From NCBI GenBank assembly GCA_965222605.1, contig OZ244960.1, positions 3,616,001 to 3,680,000 on the forward strand: a DNA stretch of 64,000 bases, written 5' to 3'. The first letter of the stretch is position 1. Each line of letters opens with the position of its first letter. This document shows, in pieces, positions 36,577 through 46,600 of the stretch. The position numbers and the translations under genes are program-made. The notes beneath the pieces are model-generated. The model had not been told where the DNA came from, did not search any database, and saw nothing but the letters and a program-made list of their open reading frames with translations. Origin of the DNA: Candidatus Latescibacterota bacterium. Its GTDB lineage: Bacteria; Latescibacterota; UBA2968.

Positions 36577-36922
36577 AGAAATCTTCTGATTTTGCAAAGG
36601 CAAGGGCGGATTCAAAAGAACGAAATCCGGGAGATTTTTCAGTTCCATCATAGAAGCAAAAAAGGACTGCGTAGAGTAGTTCGTTATCCTTGAAATAGAC
36701 GCGAAAGCAACTGTAGTATCCTGTACCTCTGCCGTGTTCTGACGGAGTCCAGACAGCAATCTCAAGCGTTCGTTCTTTTTCTTCGCGTTTTCCCAAATAT
36801 GTTCCGCGATTTACAATGTGTCGCAATTTACTTCGTGCGCGAGAATATCGAGGTGTTTCAGGCTGGTGTTCAACCGCGAGTTGATGAGGTAAAAGGTTGC
36901 GAATTTGTTCTAACCAATTCAT
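36548..36922 (-). CDS. hypothetical protein, putative type II toxin
   Basis: 124 aa, toxin-first position before the HTH gene; no family recognised. Confidence 0.5.
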   Translation of the reverse strand: MNWLEQIRNLLPHQLAVEHQPETPRYSRARSKLRHIVNRGTYLGKREEKERTLEIAVWTPSEHGRGTGYYSCFRVYFKDNELLYAVLFCFYDGTEKSPGFRSFESALAFAKSEDFYGDNDENVH

Positions 36923-36927
36923 TGTGC

Positions 36928-36955
36928 ATATATCAACATGTTGAATATATCAACA
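36928..36955. promoter_or_regulatory. candidate autoregulatory operator
   Basis: Perfect palindrome TCAACATGTTGA (36933-36944) and direct repeat ATATATCAACA x2, just upstream of the ATG. Confidence 0.55.
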
Positions 36956-37012
36956 AAAAGCAATGTAAATTTTGATTCTATTCCAGTAATATTGATATGG
37001 GGAATTTTTTTG

Positions 37013-38173
37013 CTATGAGTCTGTGGTGCCAAAAATGCTAACAAAGATGAGAAAATCGACAAAGTTAATAACACCATCGTCGTTTATATCCATACGGGCA
37101 TCGTAATTAGCATCTGATGACGATAATCCAAAAACGCCGGTAAAGGCGAGAAAATCGGCAAAGTCAACGTCGAGGTCGCCATCGAAATCGCCGGAAATGA
37201 TAGTAACAGTGATCACGGCGTTGGACACATCCAATAAGCTCTGTGGCCCACTGAGACCGGCCATGGAAGCGGTTTTGACAATGAGCGTTGTCTCTGATTC
37301 AAGGGTATTGGTCACTTGCAACTCAATCTGGCCGAGATAACCATTAGTGGGCACAGCAGGGGTAGAGATGAGCAACGCGGATAGAACAGGACGGGCCGGT
37401 GTTTGGCGCAGGGATGCGCCTGTAAAACTCGTGCCCGATATGCTACCGATGTAGTCGGAAAATGTCTTGCCGGGCAGGTCGAGTTCTATTGCGTAACCAT
37501 AAGTTTGTTTGTCTGCGGCCATTGGAACAAAAAGTTGAAATTGTATTGTATCGCCAGCTGCTTGTTCGGGGATGATCAGCCTGTTGTTCTGTACAGCGGG
37601 CGTTTCAATTTGCGTGTCGAGGTGGAGTTGCATGCCGTCAAATTCGCCGGTTACTGGCTCATTAAACGATATGATATTTGTCGTTGTGATTTCGTCGATC
37701 AATGCGACGCTTTGAGCAAGTGTAACCATCTTAATGCCAAAGGTAAACTGCTTATCTGTTACATCTACTGCAGTGGTAAACTCAGCGCGTGCCAGAAAAC
37801 CAGACTCGGGCAGGGTGACAGGGGTAGCAGATGCGAAGTTTGTGCCAGTTGAGTCTGGTTCTGGAACAACAAAGGCAAACGCACTGTTCTCGGCTTTGAC
37901 ATAGGTCAAAATAGCGGGATCAAAGTCAAATGTGATTACCACACCGACGAGGGGTGTGGTCACACTTTTTGCGAAAACTTCAATGGCAATTTTTGTGCCC
38001 TGTCCAGAGACTGTGCCTGAAGTAACGCCATCATCTGTCTGATTGCCCGCTCCGCCATCGGGAATAAGATCAAGCAATAGCATAGCATTTGCATTGGGAC
38101 CAGCAGAGGCTTGACCTGCAAATGTTAGCAATGCAAGGGCGATAATAAATGGCAATCTTTTTTTGAAAAACAT
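37013..38173 (-). CDS. secreted protein with cohesin-like beta domains and C-terminal dockerin/EF-hand-like module
   Basis: Signal peptide; GDFDGDLDVDFADFLAF..DINDDGVINFVDF. Confidence 0.75.
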   Translation of the reverse strand: MFFKKRLPFIIALALLTFAGQASAGPNANAMLLLDLIPDGGAGNQTDDGVTSGTVSGQGTKIAIEVFAKSVTTPLVGVVITFDFDPAILTYVKAENSAFAFVVPEPDSTGTNFASATPVTLPESGFLARAEFTTAVDVTDKQFTFGIKMVTLAQSVALIDEITTTNIISFNEPVTGEFDGMQLHLDTQIETPAVQNNRLIIPEQAAGDTIQFQLFVPMAADKQTYGYAIELDLPGKTFSDYIGSISGTSFTGASLRQTPARPVLSALLISTPAVPTNGYLGQIELQVTNTLESETTLIVKTASMAGLSGPQSLLDVSNAVITVTIISGDFDGDLDVDFADFLAFTGVFGLSSSDANYDARMDINDDGVINFVDFLIFVSIFGTTDS

Positions 38174-38192
38174 TTGCAACACTCCTTCCTGA

Positions 38193-40724
38193 CTACAGCC
38201 GCGGATCCACGGGTTCTGTTTCGAGCGCGAGGACGCCGAAGACGCATTCGTGGATGCGGCGCAGGGGCTCGTTTTGAGCGAAGCGGCTGAGGGCTTCGAG
38301 ACCCAGGGCAAATTCGCGCAGGGCGAGAGATTGCTTGGTTTTGACATTGCGCCAGCGCAATTTTTCGAGATTTTCGGAGGTGGTGTATTCGGGGCCGTAG
38401 ATGATGCGCAGGTATTCGCGGCCTCTGCATTTGAGGGCGGGCTGAATCAGCCTGTCTTTTTTATTGCGCGCAATGAAATTCAGGGGTTTGACGACCATGC
38501 CCTCGCTGCCCTGTGCTGTTCTTTCTTTCCACCAGGCGGTGGTGTTGGCACAACTCTGTGTGTCGTTGAGATCGACGACGCGGTATGATGTGGCATGGAG
38601 GAGTTCGGGATCGGCCATACACAGTTTTGAGAGGGTTTCCATGTGATAGGTGTGGGGCCGATTGTGATGAACGCTTCCTTCGGTGGCGAGGATGTGAAAG
38701 GGCGCGAGTTTGAGGTCTGTGAGATTGTGAACGGGCCAGCAGTAGGCGCGGTACGCGTGGATGTAGCGGTCGATGCGTTGTGAACGGGCTTTGTATTTAG
38801 CGAGCCAGTCGGCGACGTCGATATTGTTGTTGGTGTTGAGGGCCCCGAGGGTGGCGTTGAGAGATGCGCGGGCAGAGGCACCGACAGCCGCGTATTGTTC
38901 CTGCAATAGTTGTTGTGCGCGCGCAGACCAGGGCATGAGTTCGCAGTCGAGGGCTATCCAGGTGGTGTTGAGGTCATGCCAGAGATCGGCTTTGGAGACG
39001 GCGTTTTGGAGGCGGGTAAGGAATGCGGTTTCGAGGCTCGCATCGTCAAAAAAGGAACGACCTGTTCGGGTATAACACGCGCCGGGTGCGGGTTCGGATA
39101 GGCCAAAACGCGCACGGGCAACTTCGTCATTTTTGCACAGGATGACAATGGCGCGGGATCCCATGTGTTTTTCTTCGGCTATGACCTGGGCGATGCCGTT
39201 TTCCCGGTAGTAGGCATAGGCTTCGTCGGGATGTTCGAGGATATTGGGACGCGGACTGGGTTTTGATGGAGACATGGTCGGCGGCAGGTAGATCAGCCAT
39301 TTGGGATCGATGGCGTAGCGGCTCATTATTTCGAGGGCGGCAATGGCGTGTTCTTCGCGGATGGTGATGCGTGGGATGAGAAAGGTATCTACGGCGCGTT
39401 TGCCAATGACGTCGTCAATGTCGAGCATGTCGTCATGCGTTTGTTGTACGGATCGGGTGGTCTTAGAGGCAAGAGGTAGCGAGGGTTTGCTATATGTTTT
39501 GAGCGCGGGTACGGAAACGCATTCTTTTTCGGGATAGCGCAGGGCAGTGAGCACGCCGCCATAGACACAGCCGGTGTCGATGTTGATGGTGTTGTTGAGC
39601 CATTCGGGACTGGATACGGGGGTGTGTCCATAGACGACGGTGGCTGTGCCGCGATAGCGCGCCGCCCAGTTGAGACGGATGGGCAGGCCATATTCATCGG
39701 TTTCGCCCGTGGTTTCGCCATATAGGGCGAAGGCACGCACGGTGCCCGAAGTGCGTCCGGCCAGTTCTTCTTTCATTCCGGCGTGTGCAACGATGAGGTT
39801 GCCATTATCGAGTATGTAGTGGCTGGTCAGGCTGTCGAGGAATTTTGCATAGCGTTTGCGGTCTTCAATGGGGTATAATTCGAGCTGTTCGAGAGTTTCG
39901 GAAAGGCCATAAGTGGGTTTGACTTTTTTGCCCTGTAGCGCGCGAACGAGGCGGGTGTCGTGATTGCCGGGGATGCAGAGGGCGACGCCGGAATTGACCA
40001 TTTGCATGACGAGGTCGAGTACCTGGGGTGTTTTGGGGCCGCGATCTACGAAGTCGCCGAGGAAGATGGCTTTGCGTCCTGGCGGCGGTGCAATTGAGTT
40101 GGGCTGAATGTCGTAGCCGAGTTTGTCGAGTAGCGCGAGGAGTTCGTCATAACAGCCGTGGACATCACCAATGATGTCAAAGGGACCGTGGTCTTCGCGG
40201 CGATTGGGCCAAACTTTTTCGCGTGTGATGCACACGCGCTGGACTTCGTCTTCTGAGCGCAGGGTGTAGATGCGGCGAAATCCTTCGCGTTTGAGGCGTT
40301 TGAATGAGCGGCGGAGTTGATGGCGTTGTTGCGCGATAACGCGATGTTCAAAGTTGCGGTTTGGTCGGTGTTTGTTGCGCTCGCGGCAGAGGTCTTCAGG
40401 CATGTCGAGGACTATGGCGATGGGAAAGACGTGATGTTGTTTGGCCAATGCTACGAGGGGTTTGCGGGCGCTTTCCTGTACGCTGGTGGCGTCGATAACG
40501 GTGAGTTTGTAGTTGGCGAGGCGTTTGGCGGCCACGTAGTGGAGGGTTTCAAATGCCTCTTTTGTGATGGTCTGGTCGGTTTCGTCGTCGCTGATGAGTC
40601 CGCGGAAGTAGTCGGAGGAGAGGACTTCGGTCGATTTGAAGTGGGTTTTGGCAAATGTGGATTTGCCAGAGCCAGACGCGCCTATGAGGACGACGAGGGA
40701 GATTTCGGGGAGTGTGATGTTCAT
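38193..40724 (-). CDS. pnkp: polynucleotide kinase-phosphatase-ligase (RNA repair)
   Basis: GASGSGKST P-loop; GDVHG, GDFVDRG, GNHD phosphoesterase; EEKHMGSR adenylyltransferase. Confidence 0.95.
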   Translation of the reverse strand: MNITLPEISLVVLIGASGSGKSTFAKTHFKSTEVLSSDYFRGLISDDETDQTITKEAFETLHYVAAKRLANYKLTVIDATSVQESARKPLVALAKQHHVFPIAIVLDMPEDLCRERNKHRPNRNFEHRVIAQQRHQLRRSFKRLKREGFRRIYTLRSEDEVQRVCITREKVWPNRREDHGPFDIIGDVHGCYDELLALLDKLGYDIQPNSIAPPPGRKAIFLGDFVDRGPKTPQVLDLVMQMVNSGVALCIPGNHDTRLVRALQGKKVKPTYGLSETLEQLELYPIEDRKRYAKFLDSLTSHYILDNGNLIVAHAGMKEELAGRTSGTVRAFALYGETTGETDEYGLPIRLNWAARYRGTATVVYGHTPVSSPEWLNNTINIDTGCVYGGVLTALRYPEKECVSVPALKTYSKPSLPLASKTTRSVQQTHDDMLDIDDVIGKRAVDTFLIPRITIREEHAIAALEIMSRYAIDPKWLIYLPPTMSPSKPSPRPNILEHPDEAYAYYRENGIAQVIAEEKHMGSRAIVILCKNDEVARARFGLSEPAPGACYTRTGRSFFDDASLETAFLTRLQNAVSKADLWHDLNTTWIALDCELMPWSARAQQLLQEQYAAVGASARASLNATLGALNTNNNIDVADWLAKYKARSQRIDRYIHAYRAYCWPVHNLTDLKLAPFHILATEGSVHHNRPHTYHMETLSKLCMADPELLHATSYRVVDLNDTQSCANTTAWWKERTAQGSEGMVVKPLNFIARNKKDRLIQPALKCRGREYLRIIYGPEYTTSENLEKLRWRNVKTKQSLALREFALGLEALSRFAQNEPLRRIHECVFGVLALETEPVDPRL

Positions 40725-40727
40725 GAT

Positions 40728-42089
40728 TTATTTTTTATTAAATACGGCCATTTGCGTTGGCGGGCCTACTTCTGGATCTACGGGGCCGATGGGTTTGATT
40801 GTTGTGTGGTAGTTGAATTTTTTTTCGACGCCTTGTGTCCAATTTTGAAATTGTTTGCGCGACCACTCAAAGCGGTGGTCGGGGTGGCGAAATTGCCCGG
40901 CGGGAAGAGATGCCCAGCGCACGTTGAAGTCGGCATTTGGGGTGGTGATGATGATGGTGTTGGGTTGGGCATATTCAAATACGACGCGTTCGAAAACGGG
41001 CAATCGCGATGGGTTGAGGTGTTCAACAACTTCTAAGAGTACTGCGGCGTCATAGCCGTCGAGGCGCGTGTCGCGATAGAATAGTGATCCGTGTATGAGT
41101 TCGATGCGGTTGCGCTGTATGGGCTGGTCGAGGCGTTTGTGAGCGCGGCTCAAGGCATAGTGTGAAACTTCCATGCCGAGGATTTTGGTAAATTGGGGGT
41201 GTTCTGACAAGACGTGTGTGAAGTGACCTTCGCCGCAGCCGAGATCGAGGACGCGTTGTGCATCGCTGTTTTCGAGTTCTTTGAGTACGGCATTGTGCCG
41301 TTGCTGGTTCAGTCTGAGGTTGTTTTCGACGACGAGTTCATTGTCTTTGATATTGCGCTCTAAGGGCTGTTCATCCATAAGGCGATAGGCTTCCTGGGTG
41401 AGGATGCGCTGGTGTCTGAGATATCGGTCTATGATGAGGTCGCGTTTGGGGTGGTCTGATAACCAGCCTTCGCCGCGGCGCATCAGGGTGTCGATTTCAG
41501 ATTGGCTGACGAAGTAGTGTTTGTCGTCGTCGAGTACGGGGATGAGGACGTAGAGATGAGTGAGCAGGTCTTTTAGTGGGATGTTTGCTTCGAGTGCGAC
41601 GGTGTAATACGGGCTGTACCCCCATTCTGAGAATTTTTCATCGAGGCGGTGCGGTTTGGCTGTGACTTTATATTCCAATGGCTGAAACAGGTCGTTGAGC
41701 AGTTGGTCGCCACCGCGACAAGGGAGAACGTGGATTTCTGCGCGCAAGGGGATGGGCCGGGTAACGAGATCGGGTCGGTCGGCGCACTGGCCTTTGAGCG
41801 CGCTGCCAAATACGCGGGCGATGGCTACGCTGGTGAACGAGGAGGCGACATAGGGCCGGTCGGTGACGTAATCGCGGAGTGCAAAGGTGTTTTGGCGACG
41901 GCGTTTGAGGCCAATGGTGTCGAGGTCGAGCAATAGGGCAGCCGTGCATTTTTCATCTGTGGCTTCGGGATAAAATACGTGTGCATGACCAAAAGAGAGG
42001 TCAAAGGTCTGCGCGCGTTTGGGGTGTTTGTGTAGCAGATAGCCCAGGTCGGTTGCGGGGTTGTGTGTGGTGGTGATTGTTAAGAGCAT
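40728..42089 (-). CDS. hen1: 3' terminal RNA ribose 2'-O-methyltransferase Hen1
   Basis: ATDLGYLLHKHP, LDLGCGEG, EVVEHL, TTPN, FRHPDHRFEW. Confidence 0.95.
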   Translation of the reverse strand: MLLTITTTHNPATDLGYLLHKHPKRAQTFDLSFGHAHVFYPEATDEKCTAALLLDLDTIGLKRRRQNTFALRDYVTDRPYVASSFTSVAIARVFGSALKGQCADRPDLVTRPIPLRAEIHVLPCRGGDQLLNDLFQPLEYKVTAKPHRLDEKFSEWGYSPYYTVALEANIPLKDLLTHLYVLIPVLDDDKHYFVSQSEIDTLMRRGEGWLSDHPKRDLIIDRYLRHQRILTQEAYRLMDEQPLERNIKDNELVVENNLRLNQQRHNAVLKELENSDAQRVLDLGCGEGHFTHVLSEHPQFTKILGMEVSHYALSRAHKRLDQPIQRNRIELIHGSLFYRDTRLDGYDAAVLLEVVEHLNPSRLPVFERVVFEYAQPNTIIITTPNADFNVRWASLPAGQFRHPDHRFEWSRKQFQNWTQGVEKKFNYHTTIKPIGPVDPEVGPPTQMAVFNKK

Positions 42090-42102
42090 AAGAAGTGAGA
42101 GC

Positions 42103-42157
42103 GTAGGGGCGGTGCCCCCGTATAGAAGCATTACGGGACAGGCTCCTGTGCCCGCCC
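42103..42157. repeat. GTAG-type REP palindrome (related copies 46511-46534, 48399-48418, 48486-48512)
   Basis: GTAGGGGCG.. followed by imperfect GC palindrome; four intergenic copies. Confidence 0.7.
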
Positions 42158-42404
42158 ATCAGAAGTAAGATAGAAGAATTGAGAGGACCAGTTTCAAGGC
42201 GATAGCCTTGCTTGTTTTGCTGATCGCTGATTTCAAGATACACAGAAAATTAATTAGATGATAGTGTTACTTGTTCCATTCCAAGATGCAAATATGTCGG
42301 TCTTTTTGTGTGGACTGCGATTTGTTGTAGGTGTATTTTTAAACGGTGTATTGATGCGGTGTGTTTGAGATTTGAAGGGGATTACTTTTGGAAGGGGCGA
42401 GCAA

Positions 42405-42602
42405 ATGGTGCGCGAGATGGTGATGGCAGGTATATCCGTTGGGGCGGTGATTGCCCTGGCGTGGTGGATTGACCATCCAAAAAAAGAGGTGGGAAGTCTG
42501 TTGGCTGTTGGTGTGTTTGTGGTGCTGGTTGTGGTTGCGTTTATGAAAAAGCAGAATCAGGTGACGCGCTATCAGAAGATGAAGCGCAAGAATGATGAGT
42601 GA
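42405..42602 (+). CDS. small two-TM hypothetical protein
   Basis: Two hydrophobic segments and a basic tail. Confidence 0.5.
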   Translation: MVREMVMAGISVGAVIALAWWIDHPKKEVGSLLAVGVFVVLVVVAFMKKQNQVTRYQKMKRKNDE

Positions 42603-42652
42603 ATATTGCCGGGAGAATATTAGTATCTGATGTTACGCAGGTCTCGCGTTTC

Positions 42653-42746
42653 TGTCATGCTGAGGAAGCCGATAGGCTGACGAAGCATCTCTTACCTCTG
42701 AAGTATATAGATTCTTCGACTCCGCTGCGCTCCGCTCAGAATGACA
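42653..42746. repeat. TGTCAT..ATGACA palindromic REP/MITE-like element
   Basis: TGTCATGCTGAG..GATTCTTCG..CTCAGAATGACA inverted ends; related GTCATCGCGG..CCGCGATCCA units at 44191-44222 and 48420-48450. Confidence 0.6.
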
Positions 42747-42784
42747 GGCGCATTATATTGTGCCTATGCGTAACATCAGTTAGT

Positions 42785-44179
42785 ATGAGAAAGGTTGTTA
42801 TGTTGAGAGGTATTCGCGGGATGGTTGTGCTGGTTCTTGCCGCGGGGTTGATGTGGTACTGTGGTGGCGAGCGCGTGATGATGGAGGTGGAAGAGCAGGT
42901 TGGACAGCCGCTGAGTAAGTTGGCTGTGCAAGGCAATGCGTCGGGGGCTGTGGTGGTGGCTTCTGTGCGACAGGATGATACGCCGGTGAGCGGTGCAATG
43001 GTAGAGTTTGCGCGTTCTGTTGCGGGGCAGGTGGTAGAGTATGCGTGGTCGGGGATGACGGATGATGATGGTCGGGCGCGGTTGGAGATTGTGGGCGATG
43101 CGACGGGTTATTATCAGGCGCGTGCATCGCGGGATGGGCGGGTGATCGGGTTATGGTCGAGTATTCCGATTAATGCCGGCGATGAGGTGGTGGTCAATTT
43201 GCCCATTGGCGGGAAGGCGCAGGTGATGGGGATGCCTCCATCGTTGGCTTGTGCGGATCGCGTTCTCAATTTCGGTTTTTTTGCGTTTTTTGCGCCGGTT
43301 AGTTCCAGTGCAGATCCCGATCCAGGTTCCGCCGGGTTTAATACGCATGTGGGTTATGAAGCGGATTTGTTGACGGCTCTCGAAGCGATGGATGGCGCGG
43401 GGCTGTCGTTTTCTCGGCGGGGTATTGATATATGGCCCAATATTTGGCTGCTGTCGGCTGGTGCGGAATACGATGTTGTCGGCGGTGGTATTACGATTCT
43501 CGATTCTCGAACCCGCGATGAGATGGGCAATCAGGTGGTGACTTTTACTTCGGGGCATATTGCGTTTCGCCAGTCACTTCTGGTGCGCGTCGAAGATGGG
43601 GCGCGCTGGGCAAGCCACGACGATTTGACAAGCGAGGTGCGTGTGGGTGCGCTGGCGAGTACGACGGGGGAAGCGCGTTTGCTGGTGCTGACGGGTCTGG
43701 TCAATGCCGATGGTGTTTTGGCTGCGGGTGTGCGTGTTGAAACGCAAACGGATACGGTGGTCGCCGATGGCAGCGCGGATTATTTTATTACTGCTGCCGG
43801 CGCGTCGCCCAATCTCGAGGGCAGGCGGTATCTTTATCCGCCTGTAGATACGATGCCGCAGGTGGTTTATCTGGGGGATGATACGAGCGAAGAGGAGTTG
43901 ATCGACGCGCTTGCTTCTAACAGGATAGACGCTCTTGCCCGAGGAGAGATCGGCAACCGCGATGTTGCCCACGCTTCTAATGGTGCTTTTGTGGTGACTG
44001 CTCTGGATGCTGCGGTTGAGTATGGCGGTTTTACTCTTGATGTGGATGACGCGGATCTAACTGCATGTATTGATGATAAAATCAATTATTTGACGGATGA
44101 CCGGCGTATCGGCTATGGAGAGTGGCGACAAGATTCCTCGATTTTCATGACCCGAGCCAGGATGTGGAAGGGGCAATGA
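42785..44179 (+). CDS. exported protein: Ig/carboxypeptidase-regulatory-like domain plus polar amino-acid-type substrate-binding domain
   Basis: Lipoprotein-like LMWYCGG; GMTDDDGRARL; GYEADLL, DVVGGGITI, IDALARG. Confidence 0.65.
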   Translation: MRKVVMLRGIRGMVVLVLAAGLMWYCGGERVMMEVEEQVGQPLSKLAVQGNASGAVVVASVRQDDTPVSGAMVEFARSVAGQVVEYAWSGMTDDDGRARLEIVGDATGYYQARASRDGRVIGLWSSIPINAGDEVVVNLPIGGKAQVMGMPPSLACADRVLNFGFFAFFAPVSSSADPDPGSAGFNTHVGYEADLLTALEAMDGAGLSFSRRGIDIWPNIWLLSAGAEYDVVGGGITILDSRTRDEMGNQVVTFTSGHIAFRQSLLVRVEDGARWASHDDLTSEVRVGALASTTGEARLLVLTGLVNADGVLAAGVRVETQTDTVVADGSADYFITAAGASPNLEGRRYLYPPVDTMPQVVYLGDDTSEEELIDALASNRIDALARGEIGNRDVAHASNGAFVVTALDAAVEYGGFTLDVDDADLTACIDDKINYLTDDRRIGYGEWRQDSSIFMTRARMWKGQ

Positions 44180-44350
44180 TATAATTTGGCTGTCATCGCG
44201 GCATGGTTTTAGCCGCGATCCAATGGAGGAAGGTCTCATCAGAAGTCTGGCGATCCGGATCGCCGAAAGACGTGTGAATCTGACAGACATCACTCAGGGT
44301 TTCCGACAACGCGGGGTCTGCCCTGACACAGCTACGGAGGAATAACGCAC

Positions 44351-44974
44351 ATGATCAAGGCACTAGCTACAATGCTGTTCTCGGTCCTGCTCTGCCTCGG
44401 CTCCGTTGTCGACGGCAGCGCTCAGCAGTCCACGACTCAAGGGTGGATATTCGGTTTTGATGTCGGAGGGGATGCTGTCTCCTTCGAGAACAAGCCGAGT
44501 GACAGAGGAGTACTGGTGGGACCTCGGATTGGCTATGGCCTCAACAGAATCGTCACACTGTACGCGTCCGGTTCGTATGCGGCCATCGAGATCCAGGATT
44601 TCGATGCGTTCGACAAAGTGACATTCGCCCACATTGACTACGGGGTGAGGCTGCACCTGGCCAATAGCCGCCGGTGGGTCCCCTATGGCGACCTTGCCCT
44701 TACATTCTGGCCCGTGAGCGACGTTTTCAAGAACGGGGAACAGACCACCACCGACTTCAGCGGTCTACCGTCCTTCAGCCTGGGAGGCGGACTCGCCATC
44801 TATCTGTCTGAGGCGTGGGCCCTCGACGTGAACTTCAAGTTGGGTAAGGGATATTTCAAAGACGTCGAGGTTGACAATATCTTGAATGGCGGGACGAGCG
44901 AACATTTGCATAAATTTCTCGACATCCACGCTGAATCGGCTCGGCTCACCGTCGGTGTTTCGTGGTGGCCATAG
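44351..44974 (+). CDS. outer membrane beta-barrel protein
   Basis: RBS GGAGG, signal peptide, alternating strands, C-terminal VGVSWWP. Confidence 0.75.
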   Translation: MIKALATMLFSVLLCLGSVVDGSAQQSTTQGWIFGFDVGGDAVSFENKPSDRGVLVGPRIGYGLNRIVTLYASGSYAAIEIQDFDAFDKVTFAHIDYGVRLHLANSRRWVPYGDLALTFWPVSDVFKNGEQTTTDFSGLPSFSLGGGLAIYLSEAWALDVNFKLGKGYFKDVEVDNILNGGTSEHLHKFLDIHAESARLTVGVSWWP

Positions 44975-45056
44975 TATGACTTACACCACGATGCACTATA
45001 TCGACGTTTAAATCCTCAAAGCCTTCGGGTCTTGAGGATTTTTTTTATTTTTCCGC

Positions 45057-45101
45057 TTGACAGGAAAATTGTTTTAGTGTATTATTTAAGTAGAACACTA
45101 A
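45057..45101 (+). promoter_or_regulatory. sigma70 promoter overlapped by a YtrA-like operator
   Basis: TTGACA-17-TATTAT; inverted repeat TTAGTGT-N14-ACACTAA across the -10. Confidence 0.7.
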
Positions 45102-45134
45102 GACACCGCTGTTTTAACTCGATTGGAGGGGCAA

Positions 45135-46514
45135 ATGACTACTCAACATTTTAAGTTCTACCGCTCTGGTCTCGGGATATTCTCAACAGCGCGCCGAACA
45201 CTGTTGTGGCTCTGTTTGTTCATCGGATGTGCGACTGCGGGTGCTGAGGAACCTCCCCGTGTGGTGCGGACTGTGCCGGAGAACGGCGCGCAGTCGGTGG
45301 ATGCCGCTACGACGGAATTGCGCGTCACTTTTGACCAGACCATGGATACCAAAAGGGACTATTCGTTTGTGATTTTAGGTAGCAAATCTATGCTTCCAGA
45401 GGTTGCCGGAAAGCCCCAGTGGATTTCTGATACGACTATTGTTCTTCCTGTGAAACTCAAGCCGGGCCGCGAATACGGCCTGGGCATTAACTCGGAGCAG
45501 CATCAGAATTTTCGAGGAACCAATGGGCTTCCCGCGGTTCCGTATCCCATTTCTTTCAGGACTGCGCCATCGGGCGATGTGAAACCCCTGGATCCAGAAC
45601 GGAATCGGAAATCGTTGAAGCAGTTGAGGTCGGCTATCGAAGAGAGGTATTCCTATCGCGATCTGCGGGGCATAGATTGGGATGCCAGATTTGCCGAGTT
45701 CGAGGCGCGTTTGATCAATGCGAAGACGTCTGGTCAGTTTGCCATGCTTGCTGGACAACTCCTAAAGGTCGCCCGCGACGCGCATATCTGGCTCGATGCG
45801 GATGGTGATCGATTAGCTGGCTTTCGGCGAAATGTGCGCCTCAATGCGGATCGAGAGTTGCTGAAACGAATAGTACCTCAGCTTCGATCCGTCAATCGCG
45901 TGGTAGCTACCGGGAGGTTTCCGGAGGGACCGGCGTATCTGGTGATTAGAAGTTGGTCACAAAAAACGGCCCGGAATATCGAGGCCGCTGCGAAATGGAT
46001 CGATGATCTGTCACCCGACGATACCTTGATTCTGGATATTCGATTCAACAGCGGAGGCGACGAGCGGTTGGCGAGAAAGATCGCCGGTCGATTTGTCGAG
46101 CGATCTGTGGTATATGCAGGCCATCTCAATCGCGACACCTCCAGTCCTTCTGGTTTTTCCAAAATCAAGACGCGAACGCTGAAGCCAATTCGGCCCGGGT
46201 TTCGAGGGCGCACGGTCGTTCTGATGGGACCGGTCAATATGAGCAGTTGCGAGGCGTTTTTGTTGATGATGAAACAGGCAGGTGCCGCATTGATGGGCGA
46301 GAAGTCCTACGGCAGTTCGGGCAATCCGAAACCCGTGCGCTTGGCGAATGGAGTGACTGTATTTCTTCCGTCGTGGGTGGCTTTGACGCCCGATGGAGAG
46401 CCGTTCGAGGGTAAGGGCATATCACCTGATGTTCACGTTAAATTTCCCGACAAGCCTGAGGATCATGATCCGTTGATCAACGCAGCCCTTGAATTTTTGA
46501 AAGGTAAGATGTAG
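45135..46514 (+). CDS. S41 family peptidase with N-terminal Ig-like domain
   Basis: PRVVRTVPENGA..VTFDQTM; LILDIRFNSGG, MSSCEAF, GEKSYG, EGKGISPD. Confidence 0.88.
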   Translation: MTTQHFKFYRSGLGIFSTARRTLLWLCLFIGCATAGAEEPPRVVRTVPENGAQSVDAATTELRVTFDQTMDTKRDYSFVILGSKSMLPEVAGKPQWISDTTIVLPVKLKPGREYGLGINSEQHQNFRGTNGLPAVPYPISFRTAPSGDVKPLDPERNRKSLKQLRSAIEERYSYRDLRGIDWDARFAEFEARLINAKTSGQFAMLAGQLLKVARDAHIWLDADGDRLAGFRRNVRLNADRELLKRIVPQLRSVNRVVATGRFPEGPAYLVIRSWSQKTARNIEAAAKWIDDLSPDDTLILDIRFNSGGDERLARKIAGRFVERSVVYAGHLNRDTSSPSGFSKIKTRTLKPIRPGFRGRTVVLMGPVNMSSCEAFLLMMKQAGAALMGEKSYGSSGNPKPVRLANGVTVFLPSWVALTPDGEPFEGKGISPDVHVKFPDKPEDHDPLINAALEFLKGKM

Positions 46515-46600
46515 GGGCGAGGCATGCCTCGCCCGTTTGTAAGATACAAGACGTAAGAAGGGATGACTTTAACGTCTCACCTGTTTCAAAGGAGTATGGC

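Noticed and set aside
36577-36765. N-terminal extension of the 224-aa HTH ORF
   Set aside because: Overlaps the upstream gene in another frame; the real start is likely 36576 or 36564.
42599-42784. N-terminal extension of the 526-aa ORF
   Set aside because: It translates a palindromic repeat element; the signal peptide begins later.
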